DNA of 64,000 nucleotides from Pavona decussata. Taxonomy: Eukaryota. Position 1 is the first letter of the stretch. Each line of letters begins with the position of its first letter. Location of the stretch: NCBI GenBank assembly GCA_977016875.1, contig CDRNST010000144.1:3100001-3164000 (forward strand). The letters are read 5' to 3'. Of this stretch, positions 53,601 through 64,000 are shown in pieces. Position numbers and translations under genes: made by a program. The notes under the pieces are model-generated. The model was not told the origin of the DNA and did not search any database. It saw only the letters and a program-made list of their open reading frames with translations.

Positions 53601-56600
53601 TGAGCTTTTCTGTCACGGCATTCCGATGCTAAAACTTAGATTAACCCAAGATGAAAACGTTTCAAACAACAATTGTTTGTTGGTACTTGCTATAGGTTTT
53701 GGCCCACGTTCATAATATCACTTTTCATGGTTTTTACTCGGCATTTCGGGGCAGGCACAAAAGATTGTAGCGGTTTTAGTAGACCCCGAGTTCAAAAGCG
53801 TATAAAGGTCGCAAAGGTCAGTTTACGTAGTCAACGTTTTGAATTCGGACCAGAATGTTTTGCATTGAATCTTACTTTAGAACAAATGGAACAATAGCTA
53901 CAAGTGCTACGTAATTCATACCTTTTGAGCGAGCTTTCTGTACATTGTAGAAATCATCATATCAATTAGGAACGATATATGTATTTTACCGCGATTTAAA
54001 AATACGTTTAACGGCAGAGATTGCGTTACAGTTTGCACTGATCACTTGCTCCCAGGGGGAGGGGGACTCCCATATCAAATTGACGAGTTGATCGTCATAA
54101 ATTTTGAAAAGTACCACTAAAGGGTACCAGAATTTGCTTTGTAGCCGTGGTCTGTACAATTTTTCCACTTAGTGGTACGAACTCTAAAATGAATACGCTA
54201 AGTGACAGTTGACTGACATTTATAATAACTTTCTCTTATATGTTTTCGCTCAATACCCTAAAACTGGCTAAAAGGTACCGCCATACCTTTGACAGGTACC
54301 AAACCACGAATTTTAACCTCCGAAAGCTACGCTCACCCCCGTCAATTTTTATATAAAGGTTCACCTCCCGGGTACCCTGCGAGCAGTGGCCCTTCGACTT
54401 ATCTAGGAAGATCGAAGGGCCTCTGCTCACAGGGTACCCCCCGGGCGCATGCCAAGGGTAATTTTTCACTGTAACTCTTAGGGCCACGGGGTTTGCTGAC
54501 TGAACACTGAAAACTGAGGCGGAGCTTCTCGTAGGCAGAGCAAGTATCGAATTACTGTAACGCAAAACTCCTGACCTTAAATAAGAATTACCTATAATAA
54601 CGCTTGCAATTTGATTCTGAATTACTGGTCATTACATCCACACACATTTACAATTTTTAGTGATTTTTTTTTTTAAAGAGAGAGGAGGTAGGAAGTTATT
54701 TGGCCGCGTGCTTTGTCACTGTAGCAGTCTCCCGACGTAAAGAATGGGGAGGTTGAGGGGGAGGCGGCGGGGTAAGAGCGAGGAGGGAAACGGGGTTGCG
54801 TCACCACTGTCATCCCTATTTTCCCCGATATTTCCTGTAGTACGACTCACACCTGCGAGTGTCGACCACAGTATATTGTCAGCAGGAATAAGGGAGGAGC
54901 GTAGCGGGAGCAATTTGTGTCAGAAAGAGGACCAGGGTTTCACAGCCTGGATGGCACAGCTACGCTCCTTTGGCTGTAAAGCCAGTTCTACAAAGTGACA
55001 TAACTAACTGACTAAACTTCAGCGTAAAATTTCCCTTGGTATATCTTCGACATCGATGACAGCCATCTAATCAGGTCTATTTGCTCAAGACATCGAGATG
55101 CTTATGGCATCAGACGGCGCTGACAAAACCGAATAAGCGCTGGTCCCACTAAGTTGGACAGCTAATCGTTTCAAGCAAACGAAGGGAGATTGAAGCATCA
55201 CATTTGTGCAATCTAGACATCCACAAGATGACCTCGATATTAGTGCCTGTCGGCTTTCGCAAGTACTCTAAAAATTCAGAGCATAGCACCATATATTCAG
55301 GCAACATGATCTTGTTGCATCGTGTTCTTACTTTGACCCATTAAGGCCAAAGAAACCATATTTTGTCTACTCAAATTCCATTACTGATGGATGAGCTATC
55401 TTTTATCGTATGAAAACTATCATACAACAGACAATTTTGTGAACAATAAATTGAAAATTGGGTCTTATCCAGATGAACTAGACAGTGACGTTGCTTTAAA
55501 CTCTCCTTGAGTAGCATTCATGGTAGCCTGCGAATACGGCCGCCTCTCATCGCTCCCGGCCCCCGAGGGCCGTTTCGCGAAACGCCCCTCGGGGACGGAA
55601 GCGATGAGAGGCGGCTGTATTCGGAGACTACGTTAGACTGAAATTTGAAAAACTTTATCAAAAATCAAAACCAATGCGCGTGTTTAGACGCAACCAGATA
55701 AAATTGTGATAACCCAAAACCGTAACCTCAGTTTGAACTGATTATATAATTAATTTGTCTTTGAACTGATTATATAACTAATTGTCTTTGGGGTCTAGCT
55801 GGACGAAACATCGATTTCTATCCCGTGGACAAGGGCGTACGTAAGTGCAAGGTCAACGGTCTACCGGTGAAATGTATGTAACACAATCTTTGTGACCAAA
55901 TGTATAAAACGGCCTAAAGTGTTACGATGTTTCCTATAGATGTCCCATATTTCTTAAACATCCAGTGTGGCCGCTCAAAGGTATGAATTATATAGCACTC
56001 GTAGCTATTTGCTCCATTTTTTTTTTTAAAAGTAAGATTGAACGAAAGAAGTCCTGGTTTCATTTTATTCCATGTTTGCTAGTGTAGCGACCGGTTGACA
56101 ACGTAAACTGACCCGTGTACGGCTTTTGAATTCCGCTAAAATCTTTTGACATTGCCCCTAAAAGATAGAAAACCAAGGAAAATAGTCTTATAAGCATAGG
56201 CCATGCACAGGCAGTGCCCTGTAGCAAGAATTAATAAACCATTGTTGTTTGAAACGTTTTCATGTTGTGTTTATCTGAGTTTTAGCATCGGAATGCCGTG
56301 ACAGAAAAGCTCAAATTTCACTAAAGTACTACTTGTAATTCGCGGCCTCAAAAATTTCCTTTTGTGTTGCCCATAGTTTTGAAAGCGGATTTTATAAGAA
56401 GAAATGATGCTCTTTCATGTGGTGTAAATCTTTATCCTCAACGCCATGTACCAGTTGATGATTTTAGCGTCGCAAATTTGTCAATTTGGCATCACGAGAA
56501 ATCGCTTAAAAAATTGTAAATATTGAAAAATCTCCTAAATATTTAATTTTCACTTCAGATGAGTAACATACCATTCATGATGTCTATAATTATGTACTTT

Positions 56601-59600
56601 ATCAGACTGGATGTTTTTCGTTTGGAACGAAACTGGTTTGATTTTTAAAACAAGGTCTTCGCAACATGTGGTGTCAGACACCGAAAACCCGGTTCAGGAG
56701 CGGTGAATTCAAGATCATAGCCTCACATCAAAAATAATTATCAGATCGAAGTAAAACATGTATTTCTTGCAATAGTTTACCGTGGGCTATGTTGTGAATT
56801 TTTTTGAGAATTTTGAATTTTTCGTTATTGCACACCTCTGGTTGATATTTACAGACATCCCCTCTTAAAATCTTCCAGCCAAGCGAATATTTGGAGACGC
56901 GCTTCATGCAATAGACCTTTTTACCAATACGGCGGCCATTTTGAATAACTTAAGTTTGTTGAATATTATGGGGTGCCCAGGGGGCAAAAACTGAAGCGAA
57001 ACAACGCGTTATCTTGGTTAGTCTACGGGTCTTCTCCAATTCTCGTTTGCGGGACAACTTTTCCACGTACAAAACAAAACTTAAGACAATCTGATATGTT
57101 ATTGTACTCAACATCAGTGACATGTCCGCTTTCATATAGGTTTTTTTCTCTCCTTCGTGGATTTCATGTCACTGTTTTTCGACAAGTACGCTTCCATGTC
57201 ACTAATCATCATGTCAGGAAAATAATAGCTTCCCTTCAGCCAATTGCCCAGTTTCGCCGCGAAAGGAAGCTATATTCCATCAATAAAGAGCTTTCCCTTT
57301 CTTCTTGCTGCAATTTGGACATCGTCGTTGTTCTTTAGTGCTACACAATGGCAAATGTAGCCGAGAAGCATGGTAAACTTTCAATAACAAGTCCGGCTTT
57401 TTTTGAGAATTTTGAATTTTTCGCTATTGCATACCTCTGGTTGATATTTACAGACATCCGCTCTTAAGACCTTTAGCTACTTTAAAGTGTAGCTTAAAGT
57501 TTTTGTCTTCTTTTATCTCAGTTTCGTACTCGAACAAATGCAAGTTCTTCCACTAGATAAAGGATATTCAAAGTGCGCACATGAGGGGTTCAAGACTATA
57601 GAAAGACCGTTCGCGCGATTATCGCAACGAGTGATTACATCAGCAGCAATTAACTTCCGGTGGAAATCGCTTACGTCCCAATTTCTCAGCAAATAGTCAG
57701 CCTTTTTCTAAAATTATCTTTTGTTTGTAAGAACAAACTGAGAAGTTTATTTTTATCTAAAAAAAACTAAAATCCAAAAATTTTCTCTCTGAACGTGCAC
57801 GGTAACTTTAAAACGACAAACTTTGCTTGCCCGTGTGAAAGAGGCGTACACGTATCCTGTGATGATTTATCCTTGACAAGCTACATGATTTAAATTTTTA
57901 AAGTACTTTTCTTTATTCTCATTTTCTTAAGTTTTTAGTATATGTTCTACTACTTACTGTGAAGCGTTTTAGAATATTTTATAATTTAGGTGCTATATAT
58001 AAGTGAGTTAATTACGTATTATTATCTTCTCAAGCAACTTCAAGTGTGAATGAAGGGACAAACAAACGGCCAGCAACATTCCAATCTTTCAGCTATACAC
58101 CATCTACACAAAATCAACCCAGTTCAGCTATCTCAACAATGATATCTTCAAGGGAAACAGGTACAATCGTCAATAGTTAATGATTATCTTAGGAAATCGC
58201 ACGAAATATAGCTTGCTACTTAACGGACGAGGCCGTAGGCCGCGTTGGCTAAAATCAAGCTATATTCCGCAAGATTGAGCAGGATAGTTGTTTTATTATT
58301 CAACACATTGATAACAAAGCACAGTTTTACAAAGTTTTAGTGCAGAAAAGCTGGAGGTCGTCTCTTTTTGTCACACTCTTCTCCCCTTCGCAGGAAATTA
58401 TGTATATGGAAGAATATCTGTTGTTTAAAGACGACGTATATTTGAACCCATCATGACCACATTTGGAAGAATAACAAGCCGTATAGTCTACTTAAGCTTA
58501 ATCTGCATAACCTAGTCATTACGGTACAGCATGTTTGGTTACCTAAGGGCGATCTAACTATCCAGAAATAAAATGTACACTTTACTGAAGTCATTTTTTG
58601 TAGTGATCGGTATCGAGGTTATGGTAAAACAAGTAAAAAATTTTAGTTATAGCTGCAGCAACAAAGACGTTAATACTGTCAAAGCCTATAACTAATGACT
58701 ACACAAACTGAAATCAAGTGAAGGAATGGGGGCATAATGTACTATGGACACTGTTTTTTTAAGTCAGGCACGCACTTGACTCGACGGAGAATTGCCAATT
58801 TTTCTCGAACCCCTCCCACCCCCCCCCCCCCCCTTAAATTGTTCAAAACTCTTCAATCTTGTAGATTTGCATTTTTCTGGAAACACTGGCGTGGGTATTA
58901 TAGAATAGGCATTTGACTGGTCTGTTCTAGATGTCGAGAAAATTGGCCCCAGTACGAAATGCACGAAATCCTCGTTCTTTTGTTATGGTTACACTAATAA
59001 CAATCAAACGTCTCCTGTTTAGAACTTTCATCAGTCTTCTTGCACGGCTTTTTCTCTGATAGTGGTTTAGCCGCTCAAATTCAAGTTCAAATTGTGCCCT
59101 TGAAAAATCGAACGTGGTGAGCAATGTTGTGGTTAGATCCATTTGACAACCAAACATTATAGGCGGTAGGACGATTTAGATCCTATCGAATTGAAAGAGC
59201 CTGAGTAGCGTGCATGGTGTATCTTTATTACATCCGCATCGTTTTCCAGCTGTTAATGTTGTTGTTCTTAGCAAACGCAGCCCCCTTACTTCATTAACAA
59301 CTATAAGTAATAAAAAAATGGTATAAAATATCCAACTGTTTTGTTGATGTTAACACTTATTTGTTTTGCATAATGCACGTAGCAACACTTCCTAAAAAAT
59401 CTACTGATAGTGTTCCCGGAGAAAAAAGTACAGAAGGCAACTCCTATTTGATTGCAGTCGTCTTAAGTTTGTTGGCCATTGTCATACTGGTTATTTTGAT
59501 CCTTCTTTGGTTCTGTTTTGTTCACAAGCCTCGGAGCCAAGGTAACTGAAGCATTTTAATGTGCCTTTTGCCTAATATATATGTGTTCGAATAGTAGGTA

Positions 59601-61952
59601 GGTCTAGCGACTGAAATAAAGTCATCTTGCCACAAGAGCATAGCATTTTACGTATTTAGCAAGTGATACTACTTTTCACCCTTGCCACGGGTTTGTTTGT
59701 TTGTTTGTTTGTTTTTGTAAGTAGTGTTTATTACAGCTTCCTCGTACCCAAGGTGATGTGTCTCCTCTTTTTCTCACAAGCCGCAAACTCCAAAACACAG
59801 CCAGATACTCACAATACACACCTGGAGAGCTCCAGCCAGCTAAGAGTGTACCTTAACTTGTCACCATCAGAAGACGGTTTGGACACGTACGAAACGGTGA
59901 ACGAAGAGAAACAAGAGCACACTTATGCCGATATTAAAAACAGCAACGGGGAATCGAGATGTGATAATAGCGAGCTGTTCAGCCACCAACAAGAAGCAAG
60001 AATGCAAAATGAGCCGGGTGATGGGTACCTGATTCCAACAGACCAGTCAATAATGGTACATGCTGAGAGGAATCTTCAAAGTTATGGTGACAAGTCGATG
60101 GAAAATTGCGAAAGAAAAGATCATGTTTATGCAGTTGTTCACATTCAGCCTGGGCAAGGTAAAGTCACATTTTGCAAAGACTTGGCGGTGCAAGGCGAGA
60201 GCCTGGATGCTAAACGACCATCACAGCTGCATACTAATGACGAAAAGTTTGAGAATCTCGCGTCTTCCATACCTGAAAAAGAAGTGACCAACAGCGGGAC
60301 GGCAGCAGAAGGAGAACCGAATACGCAAAGCGGAGATGAGAGCAAGGAATACCTGTATGCAGTTGTTGACAAAGCAAAGAAGAAACGAAAACCTCCTCAG
60401 GTAAATACATTAGCTTCTGGCCAAGGCGCATTAATATGCCATTTTCGTGCGTAGTACATGTACAGCATATGAGAAATAACAGTACCACACGGTTCTTATG
60501 GTATAGGGTAGACATAGCCTTGGACAACTAAGTCAAGTCAAGGCGGCCTACGAAATTTCGCTTGACAATTTGATAAATACTTACTCGACAAGGCCGTGTG
60601 CCAAGATTGTCGAAGTATTCAACAAAATTATCACCAAATAGCGTTTTTAGAACAATGAAAGTCATATTTCATGTTTGTATATTAATATATACGACTTTAA
60701 GTCGTATATATTAACGTCAACACAAGCACAGAGACAAGACCAGTACAGGGTTTCACCTCAAACAGACACATTCGCAAACTTATGGTTCGTAATAAATATT
60801 TCAAAGTGAAAAAATATTGCTCACTAACCGAGAGGACCTTGGGCGGTGAGTAAGACTTTTTACCTTGACAATGTTCCCTGAAAGACTGAAAGGTCAATTT
60901 GCAGTTTTAGCAGTTTCGATGACAAATCATGCCATGATACTTTTCGCGAATTTAAAATCCACAATCATCGTCTGTATATCCTTGTTTAATTAAGGAGATA
61001 CCTTTTGAATTTCTGAGTGCGTGAGTCGTGGAAAATCTATTTGAAGCTGTTAAATTTCCCAGAAAACGCTGCTGAAATTTTTTGCTTAATTCAAAATGGC
61101 CGCCAACATCAACGTACGCAACTTCGTTACCAAGTCTTTTCTCCTCCTCCTTTGAGAAAGGAAAGAGAGAGAGGATCCTGGGAATGAGGTTGGAATGTGC
61201 GTGCGGAGGAGCGCGAACCTGGCCTACTCCCAAATTTAACACACTGCGTATATCTTTGATTATTGTATATAGATAGGAGTGTTTTACTGAAAAATACACC
61301 ATTCGTAAAGTTTATACGAAACTACATCCTGGACCCAAGGATATTGATGACGCCATTTCCCGCTTTTTCACGTTTGTTTGTGCGAACACTTGAAGAAAAG
61401 TGCCGACCAGTAGGGTTTTGTTCTGAAAAACAAACTTTTACTCACTCGCTGCGTTCGTTCGTAAAATATTGTTTTAACCACTTAAAAATATAATTCATAT
61501 CTTCGCGTTGCCGTGTAATATCCAGTCTATATAAGTGCATGATTGCAGCCTATGGCATTTTTGTGGGTTTAATCTTCTAAGGTTCTTCCAATCTATGCAT
61601 TCCTTTTTTAGCGAGGGAAGAAACTAGCTGGATAGTTTACATGTCTGATTTATAAACAACACATAACATGAGCGAAGATTATCTCGTATGACCTGTTCTG
61701 GACAGTTACAAATCAAGTGCCTCAAGAATATTCAGTGTTTGGTTGAGTTGTTAATTTGTTTTTGTGTTCTTTCTGCAGATGCCTGCTCCTTACCACAGCC
61801 TTCTGTACGCAGACCTCAGCCACACTACAGAGACGAAAATCAGCAGACTCAATAGAGCTAGCCTTCCAACTGTCTACGCTGACATAGATTATCTTAAGAC
61901 CGATGCCATGAAGCCAAGGTTGCCCGAGGAAAATATGGATCAAACAACCTAA
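41256..61952 (+). CDS. Gene C: type-I membrane C-type lectin receptor with long Tyr-rich tail ending in ITIM+ITSM, ~570-580 aa
   Basis: Exons 41256-41337, 44214-44654, 45262-45366, (50469-50507?, GC donor), 58035-58160, 59383-59541, 59781-60400, 61779-61952. Phases are compatible throughout. Joining across the 12.7-kb TE-filled intron with two gaps is inferred. Confidence 0.72.
44214..44654 (+). CDS. Gene C CTLD exon
   Basis: About 70% aa identity to gene A CTLD by manual alignment; YFIGL, WTW, KPD, YDDIDC, YICE. Confidence 0.92.
45456..45496. repeat. (TTA)n microsatellite
   Basis: Perfect trinucleotide run; a second lies at 47383-47454. Confidence 0.95.
45497..46140 (-). mobile_element. 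R4/Dong-like non-LTR retrotransposon 3' fragment (restriction-like endonuclease)
   Basis: VYWDVPV...[26 protein letters not shown]...KTMKYAPL (PD..D/E endonuclease); the 3' end abuts (TAA)n. Confidence 0.78.
46591..47361. mobile_element. Non-autonomous TIR element, possibly Harbinger-derived
   Basis: AGTTGAGGTTACAC/GTGTAACCACAACT termini; TSD not clean. Confidence 0.5.
48130..49655 (-). mobile_element. 5'-truncated R4/Dong-like non-LTR retrotransposon (RT C-terminus, CCHC, REL endonuclease), frameshifted
   Basis: [67 protein letters not shown]. Confidence 0.85.
49689..50370 (-). mobile_element. Penelope-like element 3' fragment: GIY-YIG endonuclease with inverted pseudo-LTR copies
   Basis: ORF 49815-50240 has [28 protein letters not shown] and [15 protein letters not shown]; 61-bp inverted repeats 49689-49749/50310-50370. 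Confidence 0.85.
50320..50370 (+). ncRNA. Minimal hammerhead-like ribozyme motif (variant core); second copy on - strand at 49689-49740
   Basis: CTTGATAA-(C/T)GG...C(C/G)GAAACGTCG: a CUGANGA-like box, stem II and GAAAC, at the position where Penelope-like elements carry hammerheads. Confidence 0.5.
52231..53004 (+). mobile_element. ISL2EU-like deletion derivative
   Basis: ~37-bp TIR AATAGACCTTTTTACC...GGCCATTTTGAAT. Remnant peptides [11 protein letters not shown] (SAP-like) and [12 protein letters not shown]...[11 protein letters not shown] resemble the region upstream of the SWIM/YqaJ ORF. Confidence 0.6.
54370..54439. repeat. Short hairpin MITE
   Basis: GGGTACCCTGCGAGCAG...CTGCTCACAGGGTACCC palindrome. 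Confidence 0.7.
55524..55630. repeat. Short GC-rich hairpin MITE
   Basis: TAGCCTGCGAATACGGCCGCCTCTCATCGCT...AGCGATGAGAGGCGGCTGTATTCGGAGACTA. Confidence 0.75.
58177..58300. repeat. Hairpin terminus of a Crypton-like repeat
   Basis: AATATAGCTTG...CGAGGCCGTAGGCCGCG...CAAGCTATATT; same architecture as 8339-8460. Confidence 0.55.
59383..59541 (+). CDS. Gene C transmembrane exon
   Basis: [26 protein letters not shown] followed by HKPR; no charged residue in the helix; phase 1-1. Confidence 0.88.
59781..60400 (+). CDS. Gene C large cytoplasmic exon with multiple Tyr motifs
   Basis: Low-complexity acidic ORF with YLNL, YETV, YADI, YLIP and YAVV (twice); ends PPQ/gtaaat. Confidence 0.85.
61779..61952 (+). 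CDS. Gene C terminal exon with ITIM (LLYADL) and ITSM (TVYADI)
   Basis: Polypyrimidine-tgcag acceptor, phase 0; [15 protein letters not shown]...[11 protein letters not shown]...QTT*. Confidence 0.85.
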   Translation: MPAPYHSLLYADLSHTTETKISRLNRASLPTVYADIDYLKTDAMKPRLPEENMDQTT

Positions 61953-63086
61953 GGCAGAGCGGGTGACTATTGGCAGAAGACCGAACAGGAATAAAAGAAA
62001 AAAGAGCTCTCACTATTGAAGACGTGGCTGTCTTTACTCTTGAAACTTTCATTAGACTTTCAGGTAGACAAAACTTAGAGAGGAATATAAACTTTGACAA
62101 AGACCCGATGTAGACTGTGGCTAGTCCTTTTATTTTTTTCCTTTCCGACGTTCCTAGAGTCAAATTAAAATTAGACTCTTCTAAAGAGCCTGTTGAAAAG
62201 TCTTTTTAATAGTAAAATATTTTAAAGTAGATATCAGTCCAAGCCATTAGTATTAAAGTGCAGTTACAGGTTAGAGAAGATTTTAACAAGAAAAACACTG
62301 TAGTCATAGGAAAACTGTAAAGATCCGATCCCCCTCCCCCCGCCCGCGCGCTTGTTTTTGACTAAAGCATCGAAGGGTAATAGAACACTTTGAAAAACAA
62401 TAACAGAAACTGTGATACTGAGAGAAGTAACGATAACAGTTCACATAGTCAGAATAGCATTTGCTGTTCTTTTCTAAGTCAATATCTTTAACAATTATCA
62501 TAGTACTTCCTGATGGCACAGTAAAATATACAGAATTCATTCAACTCAGATGTATTTTTGTACATTTAGTTTATGACCTTGGGGGAAAAACAGATCTTAG
62601 CGCGCATTGGCTATTAAACCCAAAAAGAAAATTGGAGGTAAACACGAATTTTTGTTTCAAAAACCTTTTAAGTACAAAACAATGTTTGGCATGTATTCCC
62701 AGATTGAGGCCCAGTTATCTCTGACAAATGCATGATACTAACTGGGAAAAAGGTCATCATGGCACGTGCTCCGACTTGTACTTTCTTATTTGTTCTTGAC
62801 TTAAACTTATTAATTTCGAACTAATAATCAAAGTATACATCGATTGATGTAGTGTGACCAATAAAAATTAAACTACTGTGAGTTGTATATGCTAGCTGAT
62901 GCTACAAGAAGGTTCACTTTATTTCAGAAAAAGATGGTTTAAATTTTAAGCTTCCGCTTTCCTTGACAGTGAAAAAGTTGATCCCGAAATGAATTTGTGC
63001 AGTTAAAAATGGTAAATTAAAGGTATATTTTTATAAACTGTCGTTGCTCTTTATTTTATTTATTTTTTATTTTGGTAAGTAACTTG

Positions 63087-63530
63087 ACTGTATTGCGTTG
63101 TACTGTACTGTACTGTACTGTACTGTACTGCACTCTACTGCACTGTGTTGTACTGTACTGGGCGCTGCGCTGCGCTGTGCTTTGCTGTACTAAGCCCATG
63201 AAGTTTACTGTACTTAATAGCTTTGCTGTACTTTTTTGCGCTGTGCTGTGCTTTTCGGGCTGTACCGTAATGTCGTAAGCTGTGCTCTGCTGCGCTGATG
63301 TACTTTGCTGTACTGTACTGCGCTGTGATGTGTTCCGCTGAACTTTGCTTTACGTTGCTTTACTCTGCGACGAACTATACTGCACTGTACTGTACTGTGC
63401 CGCGCTGTGCTGCACTGTAATGTACTTCGCTGCTGCGCTGGGCTGTGCTACGCTGTACTATTCTGTACTGTACTACACTGTATTTCGCTGTGCTGTCCTA
63501 TGCTACTCTGTGCTGTTCTGTATCGTACTT
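63087..63530. repeat. Degenerate pentanucleotide satellite (CTGTA/CTGTG/CTGCG)n
   Basis: 5-bp periodicity is visible directly. Confidence 0.92.
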
Positions 63531-64000
63531 TATTTTACCTTGCTTCTTTACCACGAAGCAAGCTGAGAGACAAGCCCATTGCAGGTTTACCCCTAGCATA
63601 TGTGGAACAAAGTTGATGTAATATGTCAAAAACGAGGGCAAGTGCTTCATCAGAGGTTTCAAAGAGACAGATGAAAGTACGAGGAGTGCTTTTATTGTTT
63701 CCAGGTGCTTGAAACCCTTGATGAAGCACGGAGCCCGAGGTTTTGGCATGACTTCTCCAAAGAAAGTTGTAAAAAAAGCTTAACGCGTCTTTGCTTTTTA
63801 CACGAAAATATGAAAAGCCAGTACTAACAAGCGGCAATTATTATTCTTCACTATGGGTGGAGCAAATTCCACCGTGCCAAACAGTACTTGCTTGCAGGGC
63901 GCGGCAAATGAGTTCGAGCGGCTTCTTCGTACAGATCTTCATTTTAAGCTGGACCATTTTAACATCTCTGAATGAGTCACCGATCTGTAATAGAGGAACG

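Larger units (their letters stand above)
52515..57467. repeat. Large inverted repeat (52515-~53678 vs ~56236-57399) around a TTAA-bounded long-TIR element (~53046-56868/57467)
   Basis: Identical ORF translations on opposite strands (52576-52941 - vs 56973-57338 +); weaker inverted similarity continues to ~53930/55972. Confidence 0.9.

Noticed and set aside
52576-57338. Identical 121-aa and 61-aa ORFs on opposite strands
   Set aside because: By-products of the inverted repeat over a transposon remnant, not genes.
59663-59780. Hydrophobic N-terminus of the 263-aa ORF as a signal peptide or TM
   Set aside because: It is T-rich intron upstream of the acceptor at 59780; the real TM is in exon 59383-59541.
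63072-63616. Cys/Tyr/Leu-rich ORFs resembling metallothionein or keratin-associated proteins
   Set aside because: Translations of a pentanucleotide satellite.

Overview
AT-rich, intron-rich animal DNA. The repeat landscape suggests a cnidarian, probably a stony coral (inference, not proven). The core of the window is a tandem cluster of three spliced, + strand genes for type-I membrane C-type lectin-domain (CTLD) receptors, assembled by hand from GT-AG sites and reading frame. Gene A (9516-18347, ~424 aa, one CTLD) and gene B (21976-34044, ~562 aa, two CTLDs) have a Glu in the TM helix and a short tail with an ITAM-like ExxYAVL-x11-YAHL. Gene C (41256-61952, ~570-580 aa) has a CTLD ~70% identical to A's, but an unrelated neutral TM and a long Tyr-rich tail ending in a canonical ITIM (LLYADL) plus ITSM (TVYADI). 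This looks like a paired activating/inhibitory lectin receptor locus built by exon shuffling. A full-length but defective BEL/Pao LTR retrotransposon (412-8927, TSD CTAAA) sits in gene A's upstream region. Introns and spacers hold Penelope-like, R4/Dong-like, ISL2EU-, Harbinger-, Helentron- and Crypton-like elements. Several unrelated elements share a strand-specific CGAG-stem-GNA-stem-CGAG hairpin tip. There are three assembly gaps (31126-31278, 46188-46421, 47766-47905). No transcript or database evidence was available.
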